A stretch of DNA of 64,000 nt from Spirochaetia bacterium (GCA_963675665.1 OY776510.1:4480001-4544000); one strand, 5' to 3'. Shown: positions 1 through 10,740, counted from the stretch's first letter. Notes: generated by a model from the letters alone, not told the origin. Numbers and translations are program-made.

Positions 1-164
1 TTCAATAGATAATATAAATCCGTCTTAAATTTTTTCTTTTCTTTATTCTTTTTTATTTTTGCTATACAAAAACGAATAAAACCAACAACTACAATAATTG
101 TTGAAAGAATAGCACCATATAATGCAACTATATTGAATTCTTTCATTTCGCTCACATATTCCAT
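1..164 (-). CDS. Partial hypothetical membrane protein (C29, second gene; runs off window)
   Basis: Manual translation MEYVSEMKEFNIVALYGAILSTIIVVVGFIRF..., open to position 1; AGGA upstream. Confidence 0.55.
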   Translation of the reverse strand, partial: MEYVSEMKEFNIVALYGAILSTIIVVVGFIRFCIAKIKKNKEKKKFKTDLYYLL

Positions 165-183
165 TTTTATATTAAATCCTTAA

Positions 184-759
184 TTAGATTGCTCCAATAT
201 TTTCAAGAGAATTCTTTACAATCTTTAATGTTGGTATCATGATACACTCTTCAATAGAACTCAATCTTGTATAAACATCTAAGCCACCAAGTTGAATTGT
301 TTCATCATCATTCATATCGACTGTAGCCCACCATTCATCAATACTAGCAGCTCGACGATTGAGTCCGAAATATGTATTATATGAAATAGTCAAAAAATCC
401 TTATAAAAGTTTTCGGCATCATTAAGATGTTTTAAATTCGCAGTATATAATTCTATTCGTTTATCTACCCATTCAGGATTATATGATCCAATAGAACTAA
501 GATGACTATCAACACTTTGATTGAACCAAAGACGTATTTTATCATTATTTAAATTCAATTCACATATGAAATAATCATATCTAAAAAGAGCAAATATAGC
601 TGATTCGAATTTATAAACATCTTTGCATTTAATTGGCTGTATATCCATAGAAACACTAACCAGAGCCTTTACACGGTCAAGAAAAGCATTTTCAATTTTA
701 TCAAGATGTGAATAAATTTGTTCCCTCGTAAGTTTTATTTTCTTCCTAAATAGCCCCAC
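184..759 (-). CDS. Hypothetical protein (C29)
   Basis: 191-aa ORF, GGAG before GTG start, cassette position. Confidence 0.7.
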   Translation of the reverse strand: MGLFRKKIKLTREQIYSHLDKIENAFLDRVKALVSVSMDIQPIKCKDVYKFESAIFALFRYDYFICELNLNNDKIRLWFNQSVDSHLSSIGSYNPEWVDKRIELYTANLKHLNDAENFYKDFLTISYNTYFGLNRRAASIDEWWATVDMNDDETIQLGGLDVYTRLSSIEECIMIPTLKIVKNSLENIGAI

Positions 760-783
760 TTTTTTACTCCATGCTTCTTCATA

Positions 784-806
784 GCCCGTCGGCCGGAGGT
801 CCGGGC
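784..806 (+). repeat. Leader hairpin of scaffold-type cassette (C29)
   Basis: Exact GCCCGTCGGCCGGAGGTCCGGGC. Confidence 0.9.
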
Positions 807-878
807 TATTTCTTCAAACTTATTTTACACCCAGAAGGCTAACACTGCTATTATTTTTATTTTTAGCCCTTTAAGTGC

Positions 879-1016
879 ATTTAACGACCAAATCAGTTGC
901 AAAATCGGCCGAGTCTTCGAGGCTTGGCGCAGTTCTGGAGTGAAGCGCGATCAGCGCTGAACGTCTCCGCCAGAACTGTGACAAAGATTTTGACAACTGC
1001 ATTTGTCATGTTAAAT
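879..1016 (-). repeat. attC site (C28)
   Basis: ATTTAAC...GTTAAAT, paired L boxes with two extrahelical bases. Confidence 0.92.
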
Positions 1017-1029
1017 GCCTTTTCTTATC

Positions 1030-1054
1030 AGACCGTACGGCGGAGCCAAGGTCT
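1030..1054 (+). repeat. Trailer hairpin of scaffold-type cassette (C28)
   Basis: AGACCGTACGGCGGAGCCAAGGTCT, 20 nt from attC GTT. Confidence 0.9.
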
Positions 1055-1104
1055 GATTTCTTTTGATATTTATATTTTATAGCCAAGCTTCAAGTTCATT
1101 TTAT

Positions 1105-2478
1105 TCAATTTTCACACTGATTTATAAACTTTTCAACATATTTATAAATACTCTCATATTTTCTTGACTCACTATCCTCTGATAAAAATATTTTAAATTC
1201 TTCTCTTGCTAAATTAAAATCTTCATGCTTGTAAAAGAATAACAAGCCTAAACAATAATGCAATTGATATTTCTCAGGCTCCTCATCTAATATCCCATAT
1301 ATAAATTTTTCACATTGTATATGTACATTATTAGCAGCTCTATTTCTAAAACCTAATTTATAAAAATTATAAGCTTTATCTAACTTCTCTTCATAAGCAA
1401 ATAAAAATGCTTTACTATATGCCCATGTATAATCGCCGGTTGCTCTCTTCTTTGCTTCAAATAATCTTTCATGTGCAACTTTTAAATTTCTTTCATGAAA
1501 ATAAAAAATTGCACTAAGGGTACACATATCATAGCTCAAAGGACATAATTTTTCAGCTTCATGTACTTTTTCACCTATTTTCTCCCAATTACATTCCCCC
1601 AAATATTCATTTATTGCAAAGAAGTGTATTTCCGCCATTAGAAATTCTTTATTATTTTTCTGTATACGTTCAAAATTGGTTTTTAATATTTCAGTATCAC
1701 TTTCAATTTTGATTTGATTACATTTCTTATGCAATTTATATGCTATATCAATAAATCCATTATATGCACATGCTAATCCCAAAATATACAATGAGCCATA
1801 AGAAAATATAAGTGAATTCAGGCTGAAGCCAGTAAGTTCTTGATCATATGAAATCATTGAATTGCGAGGAAATACTGAATACATATCTTGAATAATATTA
1901 TTTTTCCTATCCAACGGTATAGTTTTATGAGAAATAGACTCATTAAATTCAATTACGTAATGCTCCTTACCATTTTGAATTCTATTCCTTGCAACACCAT
2001 ATAAAATAAATTTTGCTTTACTCTTATCATGATATTTCTTTGCTAACAATTTATTATCATTAATTTTCTCAGAATGATATTCAGACAATGTAATCACTTT
2101 AATTTTCTTATCTACACTTTTTATACTTCTTTCAATTTCATCAAAAAAATCTTTTTTAATTTTCTCTCTAACCTTATCATTATCTGTTCTAATCGCAAAC
2201 AAAACTCCAATATCATTTTTTCTAAATTTTGGGATTCTCCTTAAATAAAGCCATATAAAAATGAGAAATATATCTACTATACAAAAAACAATAATATTAT
2301 TTATTATTAAATTCTTATTCGTTGATAATACTTCCAAAGCTGGTATATTATAATCATCAATGGATCCATACAATTTGATTATCCAACTTATAAATAATAA
2401 GAATTGAACCCCTGTAATTGAAATTTTCCTTTCAAGGAGTAGTTTCATTCTGCGCAATGTATCATAACTATCTAACAT
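1105..2478 (-). CDS. Membrane-anchored TPR-like protein (C28; near-identical copy of C20)
   Basis: Two N-terminal hydrophobic helices, C-terminal TPR-like pattern (LHYCLGLLFFY...AREEFKIFL). Confidence 0.75.
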   Translation of the reverse strand: MLDSYDTLRRMKLLLERKISITGVQFLLFISWIIKLYGSIDDYNIPALEVLSTNKNLIINNIIVFCIVDIFLIFIWLYLRRIPKFRKNDIGVLFAIRTDNDKVREKIKKDFFDEIERSIKSVDKKIKVITLSEYHSEKINDNKLLAKKYHDKSKAKFILYGVARNRIQNGKEHYVIEFNESISHKTIPLDRKNNIIQDMYSVFPRNSMISYDQELTGFSLNSLIFSYGSLYILGLACAYNGFIDIAYKLHKKCNQIKIESDTEILKTNFERIQKNNKEFLMAEIHFFAINEYLGECNWEKIGEKVHEAEKLCPLSYDMCTLSAIFYFHERNLKVAHERLFEAKKRATGDYTWAYSKAFLFAYEEKLDKAYNFYKLGFRNRAANNVHIQCEKFIYGILDEEPEKYQLHYCLGLLFFYKHEDFNLAREEFKIFLSEDSESRKYESIYKYVEKFINQCEN

Positions 2479-2517
2479 TTTATAATCTCCGATTTTATTC
2501 TTAATAATTCTATCATC

Positions 2518-2540
2518 GCCCGTCGGCCGGAGGTCCGGGC
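2518..2540 (+). repeat. Leader hairpin (C28)
   Basis: Exact 23-nt core. Confidence 0.9.
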
Positions 2541-2611
2541 GATTTCTCTTACTTATTTTACACCCAGAACTCGAAAACGGCTAACAATTTCATCGAAACA
2601 TCCCTAAGTGC

Positions 2612-2751
2612 ATTTAACGACGTTTTGAGCTGCCTGGCGGCCGCAGTCTTCTGCGGCATTGGCGTGATTCTGGAGTGGAGCGCGATCAGCGCGAAACGTC
2701 TCCGCCAGAATCATGACAATAGCCAGGACTGCTCCAAAACTTTTGTTATAT
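2612..2751 (-). repeat. attC site (C27)
   Basis: ATTTAAC...GTTATAT family repeat. Confidence 0.92.
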
Positions 2752-3073
2752 TTTTGTCTTTCATAATAAGTTTTCAATATCATCAAGTGATAATTTCTCA
2801 TATTCAATATCATATCCTGGATATTTCATTATTAAATTCTTTGCTTTTTCTTTTAGTTTATCCAATTTTATCTTATCTTTATTCATCTTTACTTCTACAA
2901 TTATCAATTTCTTTTCAATTTCATCTAATGCGACTATATCTATTTCATTCTTATTACCTTTTTCCCAATATGTACCAATTAATCCAAGATTCGGATTATC
3001 TTTTTTTATCTCAATAAATAATTTTTCTAATATTGGTCCAGAATATGTACTTAAATCTTTTTCTATAATTTTC

Positions 3074-4348
3074 CATAGCTGTCCAAAATAAGGACTATTA
3101 ATAGCCTGAATCCCTGGTTATAATGAATTGAGCGGGCAAGCTTAAATCATTACAACGGAAGGAAAACAGGCAATGAGTTATAAGAATAGCATTTTAAATC
3201 AGATACTTCAAATCATTCCGAGACATGAATTTGAAAGATCTGTCAGAAAGTATAAAGGAGATTTTGCTTCAAAAGGATTCTCCTGTTGGGAACAATTTGT
3301 TTCAATGCTGTTTGCCCAATTTACAGGACAGACCGGACTTAGAGGCATAGAAACAGCATTGGATTCGATTAAAAACATGCTTTATCATTTGGGGGTAAAA
3401 AAGATTAAACGCTCAACACTTTCCTATGCAAATAACAACAGACCCTCAGAAATTTATGAAAATGTATTCAATAACCTGCTGACAAAGATCCTTAAAATGA
3501 AAAGGTCTCATAAGCATAGATTTAAAAATCCGCTGTACAGTGTTGATGCGACAACCATCGATTTATGCCTGTCAGTATTTCCATGGGCGAAGTTTAGAAA
3601 GAATAAAGGCGGAATCAAACTTAATGTAAAACTTGATCACAGCGGATATATTCCGGACTTTGTATCTGTTACAACAGCTCAAACCCATGAGCTTAATTCA
3701 CTCAAGAAAATGAAATTCAATAAAGGTGATGTAGTTGCATTCGATCGGGCCTATACAGATTTCAAATTATTTGCAAGTTATTGTATTGCAGGCATTTATT
3801 TTATTACTCGTATGAAAAAGAATGCAGATTATAAAGTTTTTCAAAGAAATAATGTTTCAAAATATGAAAATATTTCATCAGATCAAATAATTGAAATGCG
3901 AGGATACTACACCAGCAAGAAGTGTCCACTCCAATTACGGCGAATTAGAATAAAAGATCCGGAAACAGGAAAATATATTGTAATTCTTACAAATCAGCTT
4001 GATTGGGCACCTACAACAGTTGCTGCTGTCTATAAGGACAGATGGCAGATAGAAATATTCTTCAAAACAATCAAACAGAACCTGAAAATAAAGAAGTTTT
4101 TTGGAACGACGAAAAATGCAGTAATGACTCAGATCTGGATAGCATTGATAACTCATCTGATGCTGCAATATCTGAAGATGTTATCTTCCGGTGGATGGAC
4201 TCATTATTCGCTTATGAAATTGCTTCCATCAATCCTGACGACCAGAAAAGATCTCTGGAATATTCTGAATAAACTACCGCCGCCCGGCAGAAATGAGCCA
4301 GGCTTAAAACTTCAAATGGAGCTGTTATGATTGTTTTGGACAGCTATG
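3074..4348 (+). mobile_element. IS4-family insertion sequence, copy 1 (1275 bp)
   Basis: IRs CATAGCTGTCCAAAA / TTTTGGACAGCTATG; 9-bp TSD ATAATTTTC. Confidence 0.95.
3173..4330 (+). CDS. IS4-family DDE transposase
   Basis: VDATTI, FDRAY, YKDRWQIEIFFK (YREK) motifs. Confidence 0.95.
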   Translation: MSYKNSILNQILQIIPRHEFERSVRKYKGDFASKGFSCWEQFVSMLFAQFTGQTGLRGIETALDSIKNMLYHLGVKKIKRSTLSYANNNRPSEIYENVFNNLLTKILKMKRSHKHRFKNPLYSVDATTIDLCLSVFPWAKFRKNKGGIKLNVKLDHSGYIPDFVSVTTAQTHELNSLKKMKFNKGDVVAFDRAYTDFKLFASYCIAGIYFITRMKKNADYKVFQRNNVSKYENISSDQIIEMRGYYTSKKCPLQLRRIRIKDPETGKYIVILTNQLDWAPTTVAAVYKDRWQIEIFFKTIKQNLKIKKFFGTTKNAVMTQIWIALITHLMLQYLKMLSSGGWTHYSLMKLLPSILTTRKDLWNILNKLPPPGRNEPGLKLQMELL

Positions 4349-5398
4349 ATAATTTTCTTTATTAATTCATATCGTTCATCCTCTATTAGCCTTATATTTT
4401 TATAAATATATCTAAACCAGAATTTTATAAAATTATCCTTTATTCCATATTTTTGACTTTTTCCATTTTTTTTACTTCCAACTGGTTTTATTTTTTCAAT
4501 TACATCATATTCTACTTCTAACTTTTCTAAATACCCGCCTATACTTTTTTCTAATATGGATTCTATTTCACTTCGAGAAGTACGCCCAACTGAAATCATC
4601 TCCAATATTGAAAAATATATTCCATAATCCTTTCCAAATTCTTGAATTAATAAATTCTTTCCTTCTCCTATAAAAAAAGAGTCCTTTTCCAATATCAAAT
4701 CAAGTATTTTATCAAAGCTATAACATTTTTCTTTTACCAATATTTCTTGGTATCTTGGCACTCCACCTGTTATTAAATAATTATAAAAAAGATTTTCTTT
4801 GCTGTAAGCATTATTATCAATTAATATTTCTTTTATAACTTTCACTTCAAAAGGTTTTATATATAAAATTCTATCTGCCCTTCCATATAAAGGTTCTTTT
4901 GAATTTTGAAAGATTCGTATCATCATTGAGTATATCGAACCTATAAATATTACATAGACTTTTGTCTCAAATTTATATTTATCCCATAAATTTTGTATTT
5001 CAGAATAAATACTCGAATTTATATTATTAAACTCCTGAAACTCATCTATTATTAATACATAAGGATTGTCTTTTCCAAATTTCAATAATTGCTCGAATAA
5101 CTTTGTGAAACTCTTTACTTCTCCAATTATTTCCTGACCAGTAAATTTTTCATATTCTTCTTTCAATTCTTCACACAATAACGGTTCAGCTTTTTTACTT
5201 GTAAAGAAATATAGGTGCTTTTTATCTTTGGCAAATTCTTTTGATAACAGTGTTTTCCCTACACGACGTCTACCTGTTAAAACAGTTATTGCTCCGTATG
5301 ATTCTTCACATTTTGAGTATATATCGTTTAATATTGTTAATTCTTTATAACGGTCATAAAATCTCATAGCAACCTCCGTTACTGTAACAGCTATTGCT

Positions 5399-5428
5399 AT
5401 TATAATATCCTTATCACGGAGTTGTCAA
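5399..5428 (-). promoter_or_regulatory. Cassette-borne sigma70 promoter (C27)
   Basis: TTGACA-18-TATAAT, followed by GGAGG RBS. Confidence 0.75.
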
Positions 5429-5431
5429 TAA

Positions 5432-5567
5432 ATATAACGACGATTTGAGTAGCAAAATTGATCGGCGTCTTCGCCGAATTGGCGCGATTCTGGAACGAGC
5501 GATCAGCGAGTGTCTTTAGCCAGAATCGTGACAATAAATTTTGACTACTCCAAATCTTTTGTTATAT
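5432..5567 (-). repeat. attC site (C26)
   Basis: ATATAAC...GTTATAT family repeat. Confidence 0.92.
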
Positions 5568-5580
5568 GCCATATTTTATC

Positions 5581-5605
5581 AGACCGTACGGCGGAGCCAA
5601 GGTCT
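5581..5605 (+). repeat. Trailer hairpin (C26)
   Basis: AGACCGTACGGCGGAGCCAAGGTCT. Confidence 0.9.
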
Positions 5606-5618
5606 GATTTCTTCATAA

Positions 5619-6740
5619 TTACGATCTACTTAGATCTTTGAAATGTATTTCTACAACTTTTGAATAATTACCATAAGTTCTTATCAATTTCTTAGTTTTG
5701 ATAAATAATTCCTCATCTCTTAATTTATTTCTTAATAATTCTACATACTCTGATTTAATCATATTCGCATTTATATAAAATCTTAATAAATCTTCTATCT
5801 CTTTATTATTATTTATTCCTTGATCATTTTTAATTTCATCTTCATTTTCTTTTGCTTTATCTTCTATAATTTCTTGTTCTTCAATTTTTTCATTACTTTC
5901 AGATAATGGAGAATTAGTGTCCGAACTTTCTATATCATTCTTTAATTGCTCTCCGAAAAAAGAATATACAACTCCTGAAAATGTACCATAAGTTCTTATC
6001 AATTTAATAGCATGTTCATAATTATTTCTTTTCATCAGATTTTTATATAAATTGTTCATCTCAAAATCATTTATATTTCTGGAATTAATATAATGCTCAG
6101 TAATTGACTTTATTTTTTCAAATTTTTCTTGCTCAGTATGTTCATCTTTTATTATTGGTTTTTCAGGTAATATGTTTATGGCCACTTTTTTCGGGCCATT
6201 ATATTTCCATCTATTCTTTAAATAAATTCCGTTTATCAGCCACAAAACTGGATTAAATGAAATTATCGTCGCAATCAAGAATGCATATTTATTATATTTA
6301 AGAATTTGAATCATTAATACATTTATAATAATCATGTATATTATTCCAAAAACTGGATATTCAATTGCTGTAAATATTAAAATTATATTTCCTAAAGTTA
6401 AATTTAGCCAACCCCAGAATTTCCACCATTCATATCCCCAATCGTTATTATCATTTAAATTATTCTCTTTTTTTTCACAACTACTTTTTTTATCATTTTT
6501 TCCCTTTGCGTTATTGATTATATTGCCTACAACATTATCTTTGTGCTCCACTTTAATGGGAAGATTTTCTATACTTTTATTATTTTCTTTTATTTTATCA
6601 ACTTTTAAATTAATGTATTTATACTTGGCCTTTACTTCATCTCCTTCAGAGAGAACTATTGCTTTTGCCCATAATGCTTCATCAACATCACCACTTTCAA
6701 ATTCTTTTGTGATATTCAAAAATATAACTTCATCATCCAT
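5619..6740 (-). CDS. Hypothetical membrane protein with duplicated C-terminal module (C26)
   Basis: Central hydrophobic helices; YIN...KLIRTYG..S.VV occurs twice. Confidence 0.75.
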   Translation of the reverse strand: MDDEVIFLNITKEFESGDVDEALWAKAIVLSEGDEVKAKYKYINLKVDKIKENNKSIENLPIKVEHKDNVVGNIINNAKGKNDKKSSCEKKENNLNDNNDWGYEWWKFWGWLNLTLGNIILIFTAIEYPVFGIIYMIIINVLMIQILKYNKYAFLIATIISFNPVLWLINGIYLKNRWKYNGPKKVAINILPEKPIIKDEHTEQEKFEKIKSITEHYINSRNINDFEMNNLYKNLMKRNNYEHAIKLIRTYGTFSGVVYSFFGEQLKNDIESSDTNSPLSESNEKIEEQEIIEDKAKENEDEIKNDQGINNNKEIEDLLRFYINANMIKSEYVELLRNKLRDEELFIKTKKLIRTYGNYSKVVEIHFKDLSRS

Positions 6741-6814
6741 AAATATTCCTTTTTAATTATCAAACAATTACACCATATTCTTTTGTATCATTTTCGCATT
6801 TCAATTTCTTCATA

Positions 6815-6837
6815 GCCCGTCGGCCGGAGGTCCGGGC
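6815..6837 (+). repeat. Leader hairpin (C26)
   Basis: Exact 23-nt core. Confidence 0.9.
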
Positions 6838-6906
6838 TATTTCTTCTTCATTTTACACCCAACAGCCCAAATCACCTAATATTTTTATTTCATCTCAATT
6901 TCGTGC

Positions 6907-7052
6907 ATATAACGACAATTTGAGCTGCGCCCTCGCTCCTGGAGCGAAGCGGAAGGAATTGGCGTGATTCTGGAGTGTAGCGCGATCAGCGCGGAACGTC
7001 TCTGCCAGAATCATGACAATAGACGGCGACTGCTCCAAATTTTTTGTTAAAT
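6907..7052 (-). repeat. attC site (C25)
   Basis: ATATAAC...GTTAAAT family repeat. Confidence 0.92.
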
Positions 7053-7064
7053 GCCTTTCTTAGC

Positions 7065-7089
7065 AGACCGCACGACGGAGTCAAGGTCT
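7065..7089 (+). repeat. Trailer hairpin (C25)
   Basis: AGACCGCACGACGGAGTCAAGGTCT. Confidence 0.9.
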
Positions 7090-7097
7090 GGTTTCTA

Positions 7098-8240
7098 TTA
7101 ATCTATATATTTCTTCAGTTTTCTTTGAACTAAATTTAAAGATATATTATCCTTATAAGTAAAATAGATCACGTTTACTTTGTTTTCTTTACATAACTCA
7201 AATTTCTGCTTATCTCTTTTTTGCCCTTTTAAAAATGCTTCCTCTCCACCAAAAACATTTACCGGTACAAAATGCTGTTTTCCTTGATACTCAATAGCTA
7301 AATTTATTTCTTTTATAAAAATATCTATTCTTAATGGACTCAACCAAGAAGGACTATATTCACGAATAATAGTATAATCAGAAAAATTTTCCTTTATTAT
7401 TGAATATAAAAGACCTTCATTTTTCCATTTTGATGTTTTTAACAATCTATCAATTTCGGCTCTTGCTGTTTGTGAATCAATTTCGGCAAATAGCTCCATA
7501 TAATCAATAAAAGGCTTTTTATAAAAAATGTAGTTTGTTCCATATTTTGATTGAAGAATTTTAATTCCATCATTTTTTGCTATGCACAAATGACAAATAT
7601 TTTCACGTATTTTTGCTCCATCAGGAATACCTCCTGCTTTTTTAAATACTTCTTTCGAACATGCACAAATATTAGCACCACCATTTATAGCATTGTAATA
7701 GATTGGTAATAATCGTCTTTTATCCTCACTGATATATTTCTCATCCCATATCAAATAATCTTCAATTTTATTTTTATTGTATATATTTATAACATTCTTA
7801 AATATAATAGAGGGCAGGAATAATGTAGATAATCTAGTTTTTAAATTTACTTGTGTCTTTAGTTCTTTTTTATAAAAATGTTGATTTTTTCTTACACCAT
7901 AACCATAATTATAATATTTAAATTCTGCACCAATTACTTCGAATTCAATTTCTTCGATAATCGTTGGTTTTTTCCATTTTGTAATTATATCAATATTATG
8001 TATTTTCAATCCGTCTTCTATTAACATATTTATGGATAAATTTTTATTATTATAACAATCATGTGTTAATACTGAAAAATCAATATTGTTTTCTATACTT
8101 TCATTAATTTGCTTATTCATTTCATCATAAATCTTTTCTTTTATTACTCTTTCTACATCTTTTATAGGTTTCTTAGGCTTTTTTGATAAAGATTTAACTA
8201 TATCATTCTCAATCTTATGAAAATTCAATATAATATTCAT
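7098..8240 (-). CDS. Protein with C-terminal DUF559/Vsr-like PD-(D/E)xK nuclease domain (C25)
   Basis: LRIDIFIKEINLAIEYQGKQH...RDKQK motif; CxC/CxxC cluster upstream. Confidence 0.7.
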   Translation of the reverse strand: MNIILNFHKIENDIVKSLSKKPKKPIKDVERVIKEKIYDEMNKQINESIENNIDFSVLTHDCYNNKNLSINMLIEDGLKIHNIDIITKWKKPTIIEEIEFEVIGAEFKYYNYGYGVRKNQHFYKKELKTQVNLKTRLSTLFLPSIIFKNVINIYNKNKIEDYLIWDEKYISEDKRRLLPIYYNAINGGANICACSKEVFKKAGGIPDGAKIRENICHLCIAKNDGIKILQSKYGTNYIFYKKPFIDYMELFAEIDSQTARAEIDRLLKTSKWKNEGLLYSIIKENFSDYTIIREYSPSWLSPLRIDIFIKEINLAIEYQGKQHFVPVNVFGGEEAFLKGQKRDKQKFELCKENKVNVIYFTYKDNISLNLVQRKLKKYID

Positions 8241-9240
8241 ATATTATTCCGCATAACATTCACAATTTTTCATTATCCATTTAGAACCGGTGAAACAGTT
8301 AATTTTTTTAACGCTTTTTCATAGAATCCAAAATCAGAATCTGAATATATAGTCTGTAAACCTTTAACTAATTCTAAATCATTCTTTTGTTCATATTCAA
8401 GAAGACCTTTATGTATAACTGTCCTATATAGTTTACATGATAAAGGAGACGTCATATATATTTTTTTAACCAAAGTACTACAAAACTTTTCTGAATCTAT
8501 TTGTTTTTTTGCAGGGAAAACTACATTTATTGTCTTATTAGGATCAATATTATTAACATTTACTCTTGTTGAAGAAAATATTATTCCATCAATATTACTA
8601 TTTCTTTGCACATGTTGCATTAATATTTGTGGGATAATATATTCTGGTTTAAAAGGCATCTGCCTTTCTTTTACTTTAATTTGACATGATGCAATAATAG
8701 GCCAAAGAATTAAATAACTATTTATTGTTTTAATTAATGTCTTAATTGTAATCCTTTCATCAAATTCTTCTTCCGGAAATTTATTCAAATATGATAATAG
8801 TATTTTATTTGTAACTGATATATTGAGCAAATTTACAGTATTATCTTCTGCTAATTCGAATTTAGAAATATGTATCTCATCAAATGATGGACGATCCATT
8901 TCCTCCCAACAGATGTAAGATGACGTTCCTAAATATAAAGCAGGATTTCCTGGTATACTAAAACGGTATGAATTTATGATTCTTCGCTTATTGTAAGGTA
9001 CATGAAATAAGTCTCCCATTTCTAACGATGGCAAGTCTGAAAGTCTTATTCTATATAATTCTTTGTATGGCATTAATTCTTTATCACGTTCAAGTAATTT
9101 AAAGCTATCAAGTACTGGATCTATTTTTTTCATAAGATAATTGAAACTATTATAAGAGGCGATTACATTTCCTTCTAAATAATGAGAAATAACCAATAAG
9201 ATTTTCTCTTCGACTTTTTTAATCATTTGATAATCATTTT

Positions 9241-10515
9241 CATAGCTGTCCAAAATAAGGACTATTAATAGCCTGAATCCCTGGTTATAATGAATTGAGC
9301 GGGCAAGCTTAAATCATTACAACGGAAGGAAAACAGGCAATGAGTTATAAGAATAGCATTTTAAATCAGATACTTCAAATCATTCCGAGACATGAATTTG
9401 AAAGATCTGTCAGAAAGTATAAAGGAGATTTTGCTTCAAAAGGATTCTCCTGTTGGGAACAATTTGTTTCAATGCTGTTTGCCCAATTTACAGGACAGAC
9501 CGGACTTAGAGGCATAGAAACAGCATTGGATTCGATTAAAAACATGCTTTATCATTTGGGGGTAAAAAAGATTAAACGCTCAACACTTTCCTATGCAAAT
9601 AACAACAGACCCTCAGAAATTTATGAAAATGTATTCAATAACCTGCTGACAAAGATCCTTAAAATGAAAAGGTCTCATAAGCATAGATTTAAAAATCCGC
9701 TGTACAGTGTTGATGCGACAACCATCGATTTATGCCTGTCAGTATTTCCATGGGCGAAGTTTAGAAAGAATAAAGGCGGAATCAAACTTAATGTAAAACT
9801 TGATCACAGCGGATATATTCCGGACTTTGTATCTGTTACAACAGCTCAAACCCATGAGCTTAATTCACTCAAGAAAATGAAATTCAATAAAGGTGATGTA
9901 GTTGCATTCGATCGGGCCTATACAGATTTCAAATTATTTGCAAGTTATTGTATTGCAGGCATTTATTTTATTACTCGTATGAAAAAGAATGCAGATTATA
10001 AAGTTTTTCAAAGAAATAATGTTTCAAAATATGAAAATATTTCATCAGATCAAATAATTGAAATGCGAGGATACTACACCAGCAAGAAGTGTCCACTCCA
10101 ATTACGGCGAATTAGAATAAAAGATCCGGAAACAGGAAAATATATTGTAATTCTTACAAATCAGCTTGATTGGGCACCTACAACAGTTGCTGCTGTCTAT
10201 AAGGACAGATGGCAGATAGAAATATTCTTCAAAACAATCAAACAGAACCTGAAAATAAAGAAGTTTTTTGGAACGACGAAAAATGCAGTAATGACTCAGA
10301 TCTGGATAGCATTGATAACTCATCTGATGCTGCAATATCTGAAGATGTTATCTTCCGGTGGATGGACTCATTATTCGCTTATGAAATTGCTTCCATCAAT
10401 CCTGACGACCAGAAAAGATCTCTGGAATATTCTGAATAAACTACCGCCGCCCGGCAGAAATGAGCCAGGCTTAAAACTTCAAATGGAGCTGTTATGATTG
10501 TTTTGGACAGCTATG
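9241..10515 (+). mobile_element. IS4-family insertion sequence, copy 2
   Basis: Same IRs; 9-bp TSD AATCATTTT. Confidence 0.95.
9340..10497 (+). CDS. IS4-family DDE transposase
   Basis: Identical protein to 3173-4330. Confidence 0.95.
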   Translation: MSYKNSILNQILQIIPRHEFERSVRKYKGDFASKGFSCWEQFVSMLFAQFTGQTGLRGIETALDSIKNMLYHLGVKKIKRSTLSYANNNRPSEIYENVFNNLLTKILKMKRSHKHRFKNPLYSVDATTIDLCLSVFPWAKFRKNKGGIKLNVKLDHSGYIPDFVSVTTAQTHELNSLKKMKFNKGDVVAFDRAYTDFKLFASYCIAGIYFITRMKKNADYKVFQRNNVSKYENISSDQIIEMRGYYTSKKCPLQLRRIRIKDPETGKYIVILTNQLDWAPTTVAAVYKDRWQIEIFFKTIKQNLKIKKFFGTTKNAVMTQIWIALITHLMLQYLKMLSSGGWTHYSLMKLLPSILTTRKDLWNILNKLPPPGRNEPGLKLQMELL

Positions 10516-10717
10516 AATCATTTTTATTTATTGTTATATGAGGGTTTTTATCAATAATGCCTTCAACAAATCTATTATATTTTTTAAAAACATGCTTTAA
10601 CCCTGTTGAAATATTTTCTGATGTAAGAACTATTGGAAATCCTATAATCTCATTTGAAAGTATCTCTTTTAATGTTTTCATACTAAACACCTTTTAGATT
10701 TTATGCTTTATTCTTTC

Positions 10718-10740
10718 GCCCGTCGGCCGGAGGTCCGGGC
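10718..10740 (+). repeat. Leader hairpin (C25)
   Basis: Exact 23-nt core. Confidence 0.9.

Larger units (their letters stand above)
2761..5367 (-). pseudogene. AAA ATPase (archaeal-ATPase/DUF234 type) interrupted by IS4 (C27)
   Basis: GRRRVGKT, IIDEFQ in 4349-5367; frame resumes at 3073 (KIIEKDLSTYSGPILEK...YWEKGNKNEIDIV) to TGA at 2761; paralogue of 19182-20516. Confidence 0.9.
8273..10681 (-). pseudogene. RES-domain-like protein interrupted by IS4 (C25)
   Basis: LYRIR, RFSIPGNPALYLG...WEE, DGIIFSS; N-terminus MKTLKEILS...INKND at 10681-10516 joins in frame across the TSD. Confidence 0.8.

Noticed and set aside
784-806. Scaffold hairpins as intrinsic terminators
   Set aside because: On the coding (minus) strand they are followed by purine-rich sequence, not a U-tract, and loop sequence is conserved. 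Termination of antisense transcripts is not fully excluded.
3935-4272. Internal 76-77 aa ORFs in each IS4 copy
   Set aside because: Alternative-frame shadows of the transposase; repeated only because the IS is repeated.
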